From Thermoplasmata archaeon (GTDB taxonomy: Archaea; Thermoplasmatota; Thermoplasmata; Lutacidiplasmatales; UBA184), in the NCBI GenBank assembly GCA_030037855.1, contig JASHPY010000082.1:1-43037 (forward strand): DNA of 43,037 bases. Reading direction: 5' to 3'. The notes under the pieces were generated by a model. The model was not told where the DNA came from. It did not search any database and worked only from the letters and a program-made list of their open reading frames with translations. How positions within the stretch are numbered: the stretch's first letter is position 1; the number at the start of each line of letters is the position of its first letter. The position numbers were made by a program, and so were the translations under genes. This document shows, in pieces, positions 9,532-18,328 of this stretch.

Positions 9532-10059
9532 ATGGGGGCTCCCGAGTCGGTCGAGCTGATCGACCTGGAAGGATCGGACCGAGAGCGAGCGGTGCCGGTC
9601 GTGATCGACTCGTTCGTCGGGATCTATCGCTGGCACGCGAAGCGGACCCTCCGTCAGGTCTCCCACGTCCGGGCCGCGGTCGTCGGGTCCGAGCTCGCGG
9701 CCGTGGCGATGCTCGAGCGGTTGGACGCCGCCCTCGGCTACGTCTACTACATCGCGGTCCGTCGGCCGTTTCGACGTCGCGGCCTCGCGGCACGGCTCCT
9801 CGACGACGCGCTCGATCGGTTCCGCCGGGGCGGCGTCCGGGTCGTGTGGGCGGCGGCGGAAGCGGACAATACCGGCTCGATTGCGTTGTTCCGGTCGCGC
9901 GGGTTTCGGACGGTGTCGAAGCAGGAACCCGGGTATCTCGAGGGAGGCCTCGGTGCTCGGGGGTACCGGAGCAAGATGTGGATCGTCTCGGGAGAGGTGC
10001 TGCTTGGGCTCCGGCTCGCTCCCGAACCGTCGCCGGATCCGGGGCTGCCGGACGACTGA
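9532..10059 (+). CDS. GNAT family N-acetyltransferase
   Basis: IAVRRPFRRRGLA; DNTGSIALFRSRGF; start moved to ATG 9532. Confidence 0.85.
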   Translation: MGAPESVELIDLEGSDRERAVPVVIDSFVGIYRWHAKRTLRQVSHVRAAVVGSELAAVAMLERLDAALGYVYYIAVRRPFRRRGLAARLLDDALDRFRRGGVRVVWAAAEADNTGSIALFRSRGFRTVSKQEPGYLEGGLGARGYRSKMWIVSGEVLLGLRLAPEPSPDPGLPDD

Positions 10060-10124
10060 CCCGAACCTCGACAGGGCTATCCCGAGCGTCGGTTCTCCCG
10101 CCCCCGCGGCCCCGAGAGGAAGCG

Positions 10125-12134
10125 ATGACCACCCCCTGGCCCCCTGAGCTCGGCTCGATGTCGTTCGGTCTCGATGCCGCCGAGATGCGACGGCGCGGCG
10201 AGGAGGAGCTCGGTTCGGCCCGTCGGGATCTCGCGGCCCTAGAGCGTCGGGCCGACGAACCCACGCTCGAGGCGTTCCTCGCCCCGCTCGACCGCGTGCT
10301 CCTGCGGGCGGTGAACGTGAGCCTCCAGGGTTCGCTGATGTTCCAGGTCCACCCGGATCCGGCGACCCGGACCGCGGGCCGGGAACTCACCGAGGCGGCC
10401 GAGCGCTTCTTCGCAGAGTTTCGTCAGAACGCGAAGCTGTACGCCGGGCTCGGCCGCCTCGCGCTCGCGTCCGAGGACGCACCGACGCGGTTTGCGATCT
10501 CCAAGATGGTCCGCGAGATGCGGCGCGAGGGGGCGGAGGCCGCGCCCGAGGTCCGCGCCCGGCTCCTCGAGCTGAACGCCGAGATCGATCGCACCGGGAA
10601 CCAGTTCATGGAGAATCTCGCCCGGATGGACCGCAGCATCGCGGTCCGCGGGCCCGACGCGCTCGCCGGATTGCCGCCGGACTTTCGCGCCGCCCATCCG
10701 GTCGGCGCGGACGGCAGGATCCGGCTCACGACGAAGTATACGGATTTCATGCCCGTGATGGCGTACTGCGACGACGCAGCAGTCCGGCGGGACCTGCTGC
10801 ATGAGTTCATGAATCGAGCGTACCCCGACAACGACCGCGTCCTCGCGACCCTCCTGGATCGCCGGGGCGAGCTCGCTCGGCTGCTCGGCTATCCGGACCC
10901 CGCGGCGTACGCGCTCGAGGACAAGATGGTCGCCTCCCCCGAGGCCGTGCGCGCGCTCCTCGATCGACTCGCCGACCGGCTCCGCGCGCCCGCGACCCGG
11001 GACATCGATCGGTACTTCGAGCGAAAACGGCGCGACGACCCCCGCGCCGCTCGGCTCGAACCGTGGGATGCGGACCTGATGGGCCGGGGCTACTACGACA
11101 GCAAGATCCGCAGCGAAGAGTTCGGGGTCGACGCGCGGGCGCTCCGCGCGTACCTGCCGTACGGGCGCGTCCGCGACGGGCTGCTCGACCTGTGTCGCGA
11201 TCTCTTCGGGATCACGTTCGCGCGCGCGGACGGGGCGGAGGTCTGGCACCCAACCGTGGAGGTTTACGACGTGACACGGAACGGAACTCCGCTCGGGAGG
11301 TGCTACTTCGACTTCGTACCGCGCGACGGGAAGTTCTCTCACGCCGCCTGCTTCGGCGTCCGCCAGGGGCTTGCCGGCGCCGGGCTCCCCCAGGCGGCGC
11401 TGATCTGCAACTTCCTCGACCCGAACGTGCGACGCGACGACGCGCGCGTGGAGTGGAGCCAGGTCGTGACGTTCTTCCATGAGTTCGGCCACCTCCTGCA
11501 CGCGATGCTCGCGGGCCAGCCGCGATGGCTGTTCAACCGAGCGTCGAACGTCGAGTGGGACTTCATCGAGGCGCCGTCCCAGCTCTTCGAGGAGTGGGCG
11601 CGGGACCCCGCGACGCTCGCGCGATTCGCGCGGAACCCCGATACCGGCGAGGGAATCCCGGAGGATATCCTCGCTCGACTGCGTCGGGCCGAGGCGTTCG
11701 GTCGCGCGTCCCGCCTCCTTCGGCAGGTGGCGCTCTCGGCGATCTCGCTCGAGTTTCACGAGCGACCCGCCGAGGGGATGGACCTCGTCGCTACCTGGCG
11801 TGCGGCCTGGTCGAAGTACTATCCCCGGGCGCTCCCCGACGATTATCACTTCGAGGCGTCGTTCGGCCACTTGACCGGATATTCGGCGTGCTACTACACC
11901 TACCTCTGGTCGATGGTGATCGCGCGGGATCTCCTGAGCGAGTTCGAGACCCGGGGCACGCTCACCGACCCCGCGACGGCCGCACGCTACGCCGAGGAGA
12001 TCCTCGCGCCGGGCGGCAGCCGCCCGGCCGCCGAGCTGGTCCGGGCGTTCCTCGGCCGCGAGTTCACGTTCGATGCGTTCGACCGCTGGAGCGACGAGCC
12101 GACCGACGCGGGGCCCGGCCGCGGCTCGGTCTAG
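10125..12134 (+). CDS. M3 family metallopeptidase (thimet oligopeptidase-like)
   Basis: FFHEFGHLLH (HEXXH), WDFIEAPSQLFEEW, FGHLTGYSACYYTYLWS; GAGAGGA RBS before ATG 10125. Confidence 0.93.
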   Translation: MTTPWPPELGSMSFGLDAAEMRRRGEEELGSARRDLAALERRADEPTLEAFLAPLDRVLLRAVNVSLQGSLMFQVHPDPATRTAGRELTEAAERFFAEFRQNAKLYAGLGRLALASEDAPTRFAISKMVREMRREGAEAAPEVRARLLELNAEIDRTGNQFMENLARMDRSIAVRGPDALAGLPPDFRAAHPVGADGRIRLTTKYTDFMPVMAYCDDAAVRRDLLHEFMNRAYPDNDRVLATLLDRRGELARLLGYPDPAAYALEDKMVASPEAVRALLDRLADRLRAPATRDIDRYFERKRRDDPRAARLEPWDADLMGRGYYDSKIRSEEFGVDARALRAYLPYGRVRDGLLDLCRDLFGITFARADGAEVWHPTVEVYDVTRNGTPLGRCYFDFVPRDGKFSHAACFGVRQGLAGAGLPQAALICNFLDPNVRRDDARVEWSQVVTFFHEFGHLLHAMLAGQPRWLFNRASNVEWDFIEAPSQLFEEWARDPATLARFARNPDTGEGIPEDILARLRRAEAFGRASRLLRQVALSAISLEFHERPAEGMDLVATWRAAWSKYYPRALPDDYHFEASFGHLTGYSACYYTYLWSMVIARDLLSEFETRGTLTDPATAARYAEEILAPGGSRPAAELVRAFLGREFTFDAFDRWSDEPTDAGPGRGSV

Positions 12135-12409
12135 TCCCAGTCGTCGGACCAGTGTCGGGCGACGCCGAGACCGAACGACACCCAGAGCGAGGCCAGGACC
12201 CCGAAGAGGATCACGAGCGACACGACGACGACCGCGATGTTCTGAAAGAGACTGTAGCCCGACGCCCAGAACGCGACCCAGAGGAGAGCGAAGACGATCC
12301 ATCCGGTGACCCCGGCGATCGACGCGACGAGTCGGCGGCGGAGCCGTCCGAGGACCGAATGTCGAAGGGAGTGCGCCACGTTCGGCCCGAGGTGATCGTT
12401 CGCGCTCAT
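12131..12409 (-). CDS. Small 2-TM membrane protein
   Basis: Two hydrophobic helices flanking YSLFQN; stop overlaps the M3 stop (CTAG). Confidence 0.7.
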   Translation of the reverse strand: MSANDHLGPNVAHSLRHSVLGRLRRRLVASIAGVTGWIVFALLWVAFWASGYSLFQNIAVVVVSLVILFGVLASLWVSFGLGVARHWSDDWD

Positions 12410-12560
12410 CGGGGGTCGACCCGGCTCTCGGGATAAGAACCCAGCGCACCGGCCGTGCGCGAGCCCCCTCGGACCCCCGGGCGCTGCGCGCGAGATTCCG
12501 CCCGGTGGAACGGGCGAAACCGATTTGTGTCGTGCTCGGGTCGGGCGGTCCGGGGAGCCG

Positions 12561-13043
12561 ATGGCAAGCGCCGGCGTCGATTGGTCGAAGCGCGAACTCC
12601 ACGTGTGGGCCGAGCTCCGCGCGCCGCTCCGGTTCGTCTTCGACTGGTGCACCGACTTTGACCCGAGCGATCCGCGCCGGGAGCACGAGGACTACGACCG
12701 ACGGATCCTCGAACGCACCCCACGTCGCGTCGTCTTCGAGGACCTCGCGGACACCCCGGGCGGCTGGCAGTGGTCCCGCCACGTCGTGACCCTCCATCCC
12801 CCCGACCGCTGGCACTCGGAGAGCGTCGGGACCCACCGGCATGCGTCGCTGGACTACGTCCTCACGCCGTTGTCCGCGGACCGGACACGGCTCGACCTGC
12901 GTTGGCACCGTCGGCCCACGGCGCTCGCGGGGGCGCAGCGGTCGCCCGCGGCGATCGAGCGGGAAAGCACGGCCGCCTGGCGGACCCTCGCCCGCTCGCT
13001 CGAACAAGACTATCGGCGGAGCCGAACGAAGCCTCGCCGCTAG
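12561..13043 (+). CDS. Hypothetical protein, possible SRPBCC/START-like fold
   Basis: APLRFVFDWCTDF start, beta-rich core with TRLDLRW, C-terminal helix. Confidence 0.6.
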   Translation: MASAGVDWSKRELHVWAELRAPLRFVFDWCTDFDPSDPRREHEDYDRRILERTPRRVVFEDLADTPGGWQWSRHVVTLHPPDRWHSESVGTHRHASLDYVLTPLSADRTRLDLRWHRRPTALAGAQRSPAAIERESTAAWRTLARSLEQDYRRSRTKPRR

Positions 13044-13071
13044 GCCGTGGGAGTCGACGGGCGGGCGAGCC

Positions 13072-14505
13072 GTGCCGACCGACCCCGCGTCCCGCTACGA
13101 ACGAACCGAGATCCCCTCGGAGACCCGCGAGGAGCGGATCACGACCTTCGGGGAGCTCCTCCACTCTTACACGACCGACGAGGCGATGCTCGAGGGCCAG
13201 CGCTGCCTCCAGTGCGCGATGCCGTACTGCGTCCAAGGCTGCCCGATCACCCAGGACTGCCGGGAGTACAATCTCCTCGTGGGCCTCGGCCGGTTCGACG
13301 AGGCGGCGAAGGTCGTGCTACGAGAGAACCCGCTCGCGATGGCGCTCTGCAAGACCTGCTACCACTACTGCGAGCAGGCCTGCATCATGGAGGAGCGGGG
13401 GGTGCCGATCGCGATCCGGCACCTGAAGCGCGCCGCGATGGAGTTCGGACAGTCGAACCGGCTCTACGTGCCGAGCCAGCCGCTCCACCAGCGGGTCGCG
13501 GTCGTCGGGGCGGGACCGGCGGGCCTCATGGCGGCGTGGGAGCTGTGCCTGCGCGGCTACGCGGTCACGATCTACGAGGAAGAGGCGTACATCGGGGGCC
13601 AGGCGGCGACGATCCCGAAGTACCACATGGACGGCAACGAGCTCGAGATCGACGTCGCTCGCTTTCGGAACTTCGACTGCACGTTCGTGATGGAGCGCCG
13701 GCTAGGCCGGGACTTCACGCTCCGGGGCCTTCTCGACTCCGGATACCGAGCGGTCTACCTCGCGCTCGGGAACTCGACCTACCGCGGCCTCGGCGTCCCG
13801 GGCGAGGGGCTCGCCGGCGTCGTACCGGCGCTCGAGATGCTGCGGGACGTCAACGAAGGTCCCCCGGTCGCGCTCGGAAAGCAGATCGTGGTGATCGGCG
13901 GCGGGGACGTCGCGATGGACGCGATCCGTTCGGCGCGCCGGCTCGCCCCGGGCGCGAGCGTCACGGTCGTGTACTACCGGACGCGAGAGAAGATGGCGGC
14001 GTCCGACGAGGAACTCAGCGGCGCGATCGAGGAAGGCGTCCGGTTCCGATTCGAGCTCGCGACGCTCCGGGTCGTGGGCACGTCGCGCGTCGAGGGCCTC
14101 GCGGTGCGACGGGTCACGAGCGGCCCTCCCAGCCCCTCGGGCCGACCGACGCTGGTCGCGGTGCCCGGCAGCGACGAGACGATCCCGTGCGACACGGTGA
14201 TCCTGGGCATCGGCGAGCGCGCGGACCTCACCGGGCTTCCGCCCGAGCTCGACCTCTTCACCGGCGGGCGGGGCTGGCCTCAAGGTAAGCATCCGGACAC
14301 GATGACCGGCATCGACGGGGTCTTCGCGTCGGGCGGGAAGTCGGTCGTCCACGCGATGGCCGCGGGAACGCGCTCGGCCGAGGGGATCGACGCGTACCTC
14401 CGGCGGAAGGACGGACTTCCCCCGATTCCGCGGCCGGACCCGTTCGGCGAGGGGATTCCCCCGACGCTGCCGTCCGGCTACGGAGGAGCGACCTGGGAGC
14501 CGTAG
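13072..14505 (+). CDS. GltD/NfnB-like Fe-S flavoprotein oxidoreductase
   Basis: RCLQCAMPYCVQGCP and CKTCYHYCEQAC (two 4Fe-4S), VVGAGPAGL (FAD), VIGGGDVAMD (NAD(P)H). Confidence 0.88.
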   Translation: MPTDPASRYERTEIPSETREERITTFGELLHSYTTDEAMLEGQRCLQCAMPYCVQGCPITQDCREYNLLVGLGRFDEAAKVVLRENPLAMALCKTCYHYCEQACIMEERGVPIAIRHLKRAAMEFGQSNRLYVPSQPLHQRVAVVGAGPAGLMAAWELCLRGYAVTIYEEEAYIGGQAATIPKYHMDGNELEIDVARFRNFDCTFVMERRLGRDFTLRGLLDSGYRAVYLALGNSTYRGLGVPGEGLAGVVPALEMLRDVNEGPPVALGKQIVVIGGGDVAMDAIRSARRLAPGASVTVVYYRTREKMAASDEELSGAIEEGVRFRFELATLRVVGTSRVEGLAVRRVTSGPPSPSGRPTLVAVPGSDETIPCDTVILGIGERADLTGLPPELDLFTGGRGWPQGKHPDTMTGIDGVFASGGKSVVHAMAAGTRSAEGIDAYLRRKDGLPPIPRPDPFGEGIPPTLPSGYGGATWEP

Positions 14506-14530
14506 CTCCGGCCGCGGGGGCCGACCGGCC

Positions 14531-14818
14531 TCACGACTGGACGGTGATCTTCCCGGTCCGGCCCATCGAGATCTGGAGCTTCCCGCGGAAGTCCTTCACC
14601 CAGCCGTCCGTGATCCGGATCTTCTGGCCGACCGAGTAGCGCTTCGTGTCCTCGCCCCAGAGCGTCAGCGTGATCGTGCCGGTCTCGTCCTGAACGGTCG
14701 CGTCCGCCACCTGGGACGGCCCCCGGGAGGTCGTGACGTCCCGTACCGCGGAGATCGCGGAGATGGTGCCTTCGATCGTCGCGTTCTGGTTCGCTTGCAG
14801 GGAGGCGATGCCGGCCAT
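14531..14818 (-). CDS. ssb: Single-OB-fold single-stranded DNA-binding protein
   Basis: DETGTITLTLWG...DGWVKDFRGKLQI with the three stacking aromatics of Sulfolobus-type SSB. Confidence 0.85.
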   Translation of the reverse strand: MAGIASLQANQNATIEGTISAISAVRDVTTSRGPSQVADATVQDETGTITLTLWGEDTKRYSVGQKIRITDGWVKDFRGKLQISMGRTGKITVQS

Positions 14819-14844
14819 AACGCGCGCGGTCAGACGGATGGGGG

Positions 14845-14849
14845 TTAAA
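14845..14849 (-). promoter_or_regulatory. TATA box (TTTAA) of ssb, probably leaderless
   Basis: AT island about 27 nt upstream of the ATG in a GC-rich background. Confidence 0.55.
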
Positions 14850-14882
14850 CGGTCTCCGATACGCGAACGGCAGTAGCCGGGC

Positions 14883-15593
14883 TCACTTGGCCGCCGATTC
14901 TGAGTCGCAGCGCCAGTCGTCGTCCTGTTCGAGGTCGAGCAGGTGGCCCATCTTCGCTTGCTTCGTGAGCATGTAGGCCCGGTCGTGGTCGTTCGGGGGC
15001 ACGACGATCGGGATCCGTCCGACGATCCGGGTCCCGTGCGCCTCGAGGTCCCGCATCTTGCTCGGATTGTTCGTCATGATGCGGATCGACCGCACGCGGA
15101 GAGTACCCAGCATGTGCGCGGCGATCGCGTAGTCCCGCTCGTCCGCTCGGAATCCGAGCGCCTCGTTCGCCTGCACGGTGTCGTAGCCCGAGTCCTGGAG
15201 CTGGTAGGCCCGGATCTTGTTCACGAACCCGATCCCCCGGCCTTCCTGGCGCAGGTAGAGCACGATGCCGGACTCCATCTTTCCGATCCGCTCGAGCGAC
15301 TCGAGCAATTGGTCGCGGCAGTCGCATCGCAGCGAGCCGATCGCGTCCCCGGTGAGGCACTCCGAATGCAGCCGGACCGGGACCTCCTCCTGGTCGACGA
15401 CGTCCCCGTGGATGAACGCGGCGTGCTCCTTTCCATCCGCGGGGGAGCGGAACGCCGCGACCTGATAGTCGCCGAAGCGGGTGGGGAGGTTCGCGATCGC
15501 GAGCACTCGGACGCAGATCTCGGGCGCGCCCGGACACTCGTGCGACCGGCTCGCGTCCAGGAGCTCCTGGACGACCGAGGGAGCGATTCCCAT
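14883..15593 (-). CDS. ribA: GTP cyclohydrolase II
   Basis: VRLHSECLTGD, RCDC, YLRQEGRGIG, DERDY, MTNNP. Confidence 0.93.
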   Translation of the reverse strand: MGIAPSVVQELLDASRSHECPGAPEICVRVLAIANLPTRFGDYQVAAFRSPADGKEHAAFIHGDVVDQEEVPVRLHSECLTGDAIGSLRCDCRDQLLESLERIGKMESGIVLYLRQEGRGIGFVNKIRAYQLQDSGYDTVQANEALGFRADERDYAIAAHMLGTLRVRSIRIMTNNPSKMRDLEAHGTRIVGRIPIVVPPNDHDRAYMLTKQAKMGHLLDLEQDDDWRCDSESAAK

Positions 15594-15617
15594 CGGCCGG
15601 GGGAGCCGGCCGACCGA

Positions 15618-15622
15618 TTAAA
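15618..15622 (-). promoter_or_regulatory. TATA box (TTTAA) of ribA, probably leaderless
   Basis: About 25 nt upstream of ATG 15593. Confidence 0.55.
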
Positions 15623-15706
15623 GTCACCGCTTACCCCGGAGCCATCGGGCGGAGGCCGGCGAACCGTTTAGCTCACGCGCGCCCTATCCCGACGGCGACG
15701 GTCCCC

Positions 15707-15844
15707 ATGGCCGAGGGGAGTGACGAGGCCCGATGCCCGAAGTGCGAACGGCTCGTGCCCGTACCGCCCGACTGGCGACTCGCGATCTGCCCCTCGTGTG
15801 GCGAGGTCATCACCCGGATGGCGTCGGACTCGAGCTACGACTGA
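15707..15844 (+). CDS. Zinc-ribbon microprotein (45 aa)
   Basis: Own translation: MAEGSDEARCPKCERLVPVPPDWRLAICPSCGEVITRMASDSSYD*, with CPxC and CPxCG; below the ORF-track cutoff. Confidence 0.75.
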   Translation: MAEGSDEARCPKCERLVPVPPDWRLAICPSCGEVITRMASDSSYD

Positions 15845-15978
15845 GCGGCCCGCTCCCGGCCGACGCCTCCGAAACCCGACGCGGCCGAACCCCAACTTCA
15901 TACCCCGGTTCGCGGTACCCCGGCCGATCGCCCGCCGCTCGGGGGAGGCGGGCGTCCCCGGGTAGGGTGCTAGAGTCC

Positions 15979-16197
15979 GTGCCGTTCGTTGAGTACGACG
16001 AGGTGGAGGCGGTCTGCTCGGACTGCGGACGGATCTTCCGGTCCGAGGACGCGCTCGCCGCGCATCGGGAGGACAGTCATTCCGGCCGCGTCGACGCGGC
16101 GGAGGACGATCCGCTCGTCTGCCCGGAGTGCGGCCGCCGGTGGACGTCGGCCCGAGCGGTCGCGAGCCACCGGCGCAACGAACACCCCGGCGCCTAA
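15979..16197 (+). CDS. Tandem C2H2 zinc-finger microprotein (about 72 aa)
   Basis: CSDCGRIFRSEDALAAHREDSH and CPECGRRWTSARAVASHRRNEH; GTG start estimated. Confidence 0.8.
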   Translation: MPFVEYDEVEAVCSDCGRIFRSEDALAAHREDSHSGRVDAAEDDPLVCPECGRRWTSARAVASHRRNEHPGA

Positions 16198-16275
16198 GCG
16201 CGCGGGGTTGCCTCGGAGCGACCGATAGTTTTTCCCTCCTCGGCACCTCCCGCCGGCCGGAGGACTGCGGGACCG

Positions 16276-16821
16276 ATGGTACAGATCGACTGGCCGAGCC
16301 TCGCCATCGTCACCGCGTTCAGCACGTGGGTGCTCGCGGTGGGGACGCTCATCATCCTGTTCTGGCAGACGCGCCAGACGCAGGTGCTGAACTCGGCGAA
16401 CGCGGTGATGAACCTGCGGGACAAGTTCGACTCGACTCGGATGCGGAGCGTCCGTCGCCACCTGAGCGAGCGGTTGATCAAGCAGGCTCACGAGGACATC
16501 GCGAGCATCGAGGTCGTGACATTCTTCGAACTGGTCGGGACGCTCACGCACCGCCACGTGCTGGACGAGGACCTCGTGTGGGAGGCGTTCGGTTCGTGGG
16601 TGACGGCGTACTGGTGGGCCCTGCGCCACCCGGTCGACTGGGTCGAACGCCTGCGCCACGACCTCGACGACCCGCTCATCTTCCACGAGTACGAGTGGCT
16701 CTCGAACCGGGTCCATCAGCTCGACCGGCGGGCGCTCGCGAAGGAACACCACGCCGAGGGGAGCGCGGAGGAGGAGTCCCGACGCATCCTCTCTCGAGAG
16801 GCGCTCCTCGAGTCCGTCTAG
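16276..16821 (+). CDS. DUF4760-like protein with N-terminal TM helix
   Basis: TM helix then FFELVGTL...LDEDLVW...FHEYEWL. Confidence 0.75.
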   Translation: MVQIDWPSLAIVTAFSTWVLAVGTLIILFWQTRQTQVLNSANAVMNLRDKFDSTRMRSVRRHLSERLIKQAHEDIASIEVVTFFELVGTLTHRHVLDEDLVWEAFGSWVTAYWWALRHPVDWVERLRHDLDDPLIFHEYEWLSNRVHQLDRRALAKEHHAEGSAEEESRRILSREALLESV

Positions 16822-16843
16822 TACCCCCGGCGAGAGGTCCAGG

Positions 16844-17548
16844 GTGACGCGGGCGGGGCCCGAGCGGGCGTCCACCACCCCCCGGTCGAGGGTCCGTCGC
16901 ACCGGCCCGGTGCTCGGGCTCGACCTCGCCGGGTCCCCGCAACGATCGACCGGCTGGTGCCTGCTCTCCGGGGATGTCGACGCGCGAACGGGCGTGGCCC
17001 ACACCGATGCGGAGATCACGGCGTTGGTCGCCGCGTCGCGGCCCGAGCTCGTGATCGTGGACGCTCCGCTGTCGCTGCCACGGGGCCGCCGGACGATCGA
17101 GGACCGGTCCGGACCGCATCTTCGCGCGTGCGACCGAGAACTCCTGCGCCGGGGGATCCGGTTCTTCCCCTTGACGCTCGGACCGATGCGGATGCTGACG
17201 GTCCGCGGGATGCGACTCGCCGCCGAGCTCCGTCGGGCCGGTTTCCCCACGGTCGAGGGATACCCGGGCGCGTCGCAAGATCTTCTCGCGATCCCTCGGA
17301 AGAACGCCGGAGTCGATCGCTTGGCGCGGGGCCTGCGACAGCTCGGCATCCGGGGCGACCTCGTCCGTCGCGCGCTGACGCACGACGAGCTCGACGCGGT
17401 CACGATCGCGTGGGTGGGCCGCCAGCACCTTCGGGGACGCTCGCTCGTCCTCGGCGACCCGTCCGAGGGACGGATGGTGTTGCCCTCTCCGAAGCCGCAT
17501 CCCCGACGGTCGAGCGCGGCCCGCGGGAGTTCGCCCGGATTCGGGTAG
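16844..17548 (+). CDS. DUF429 family predicted RNase H-fold nuclease
   Basis: GLDLAG, IVDAPLS, EGYPG, HDELDA. Confidence 0.85.
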   Translation: MTRAGPERASTTPRSRVRRTGPVLGLDLAGSPQRSTGWCLLSGDVDARTGVAHTDAEITALVAASRPELVIVDAPLSLPRGRRTIEDRSGPHLRACDRELLRRGIRFFPLTLGPMRMLTVRGMRLAAELRRAGFPTVEGYPGASQDLLAIPRKNAGVDRLARGLRQLGIRGDLVRRALTHDELDAVTIAWVGRQHLRGRSLVLGDPSEGRMVLPSPKPHPRRSSAARGSSPGFG

Positions 17549-17612
17549 GCTCCCGACGTTCGCGTGCGCGCAATAGCTTAACTCGCGGTGGAAGGTCGCT
17601 CGGACGTCCCCC

Positions 17613-18269
17613 ATGGTGCCACCTCCGCCCGGCAGTCTGCCGCTCTCCGCGCCGGACCTCACCGGCCCGACGTCGATCCTCGACTGGCCGACCGCGTTCG
17701 CCGGCCCCTCCCGGAAGCACCGGGCCCGGCCGTTCGGCTTCGTACGCCTCGAGATCGACCTGCGACACGAGCGGATCGACGAACCGAGCGTGCCCGTGCT
17801 CCGCCAGTTCGAGCAGCTGCTCCGGGAGCGCGAGGTCGTCGGGCCCGCCGACCTGCTGCGCCTGAGCGCGGCGGCGCTGCACGGGTTCTCCGCGCGCGGC
17901 TTTTCGCGCGTCGACCACTGGGAGGTCCAGCCCGGGGGCTGGCTGCCGCTACCCGAACCGACGCACGCGAGCCTCGCCGAGCCCGTGGGCCATCTCCTCC
18001 GCGCGCTCGGGAGCCCGGAGTGGCAGCCCCGCGCCAATGCGCGCGAGTTCTCCGTGCGGCTCTCGGGGCACCCCAAGATCCGGGCGGACCTCTCGGTCCG
18101 CCGGGTCCACCGCGAGCGGGGCCATTCGGTCACGATCGACCTCCGCGGGTGGATCACGCGAGCCGACCTCGAAGGCCTCGTGCGGGCACTGCGCGAGCGC
18201 CTGCCGGTGCTCCGCTCGAGCGTCACGGAGGTCGGTTACCGGTCGGATCGTCGGGGGGCGGATCGCTGA
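17613..18269 (+). CDS. Hypothetical protein
   Basis: Globular composition; cttaac TATA-like site upstream; no recognised motif. Confidence 0.65.
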   Translation: MVPPPPGSLPLSAPDLTGPTSILDWPTAFAGPSRKHRARPFGFVRLEIDLRHERIDEPSVPVLRQFEQLLREREVVGPADLLRLSAAALHGFSARGFSRVDHWEVQPGGWLPLPEPTHASLAEPVGHLLRALGSPEWQPRANAREFSVRLSGHPKIRADLSVRRVHRERGHSVTIDLRGWITRADLEGLVRALRERLPVLRSSVTEVGYRSDRRGADR

Positions 18270-18328
18270 CCCCCCGCGGCGCCGGGATTAGATAGTCGGC
18301 TGGCCGTGGCGGTCGGGAGCTTCGGCCG

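Noticed and set aside
9375-10124. N-terminal extension making a 919-aa M3 peptidase
   Set aside because: It overlaps the GNAT gene in another frame; an RBS and ATG at 10125 give a normal-length M3.
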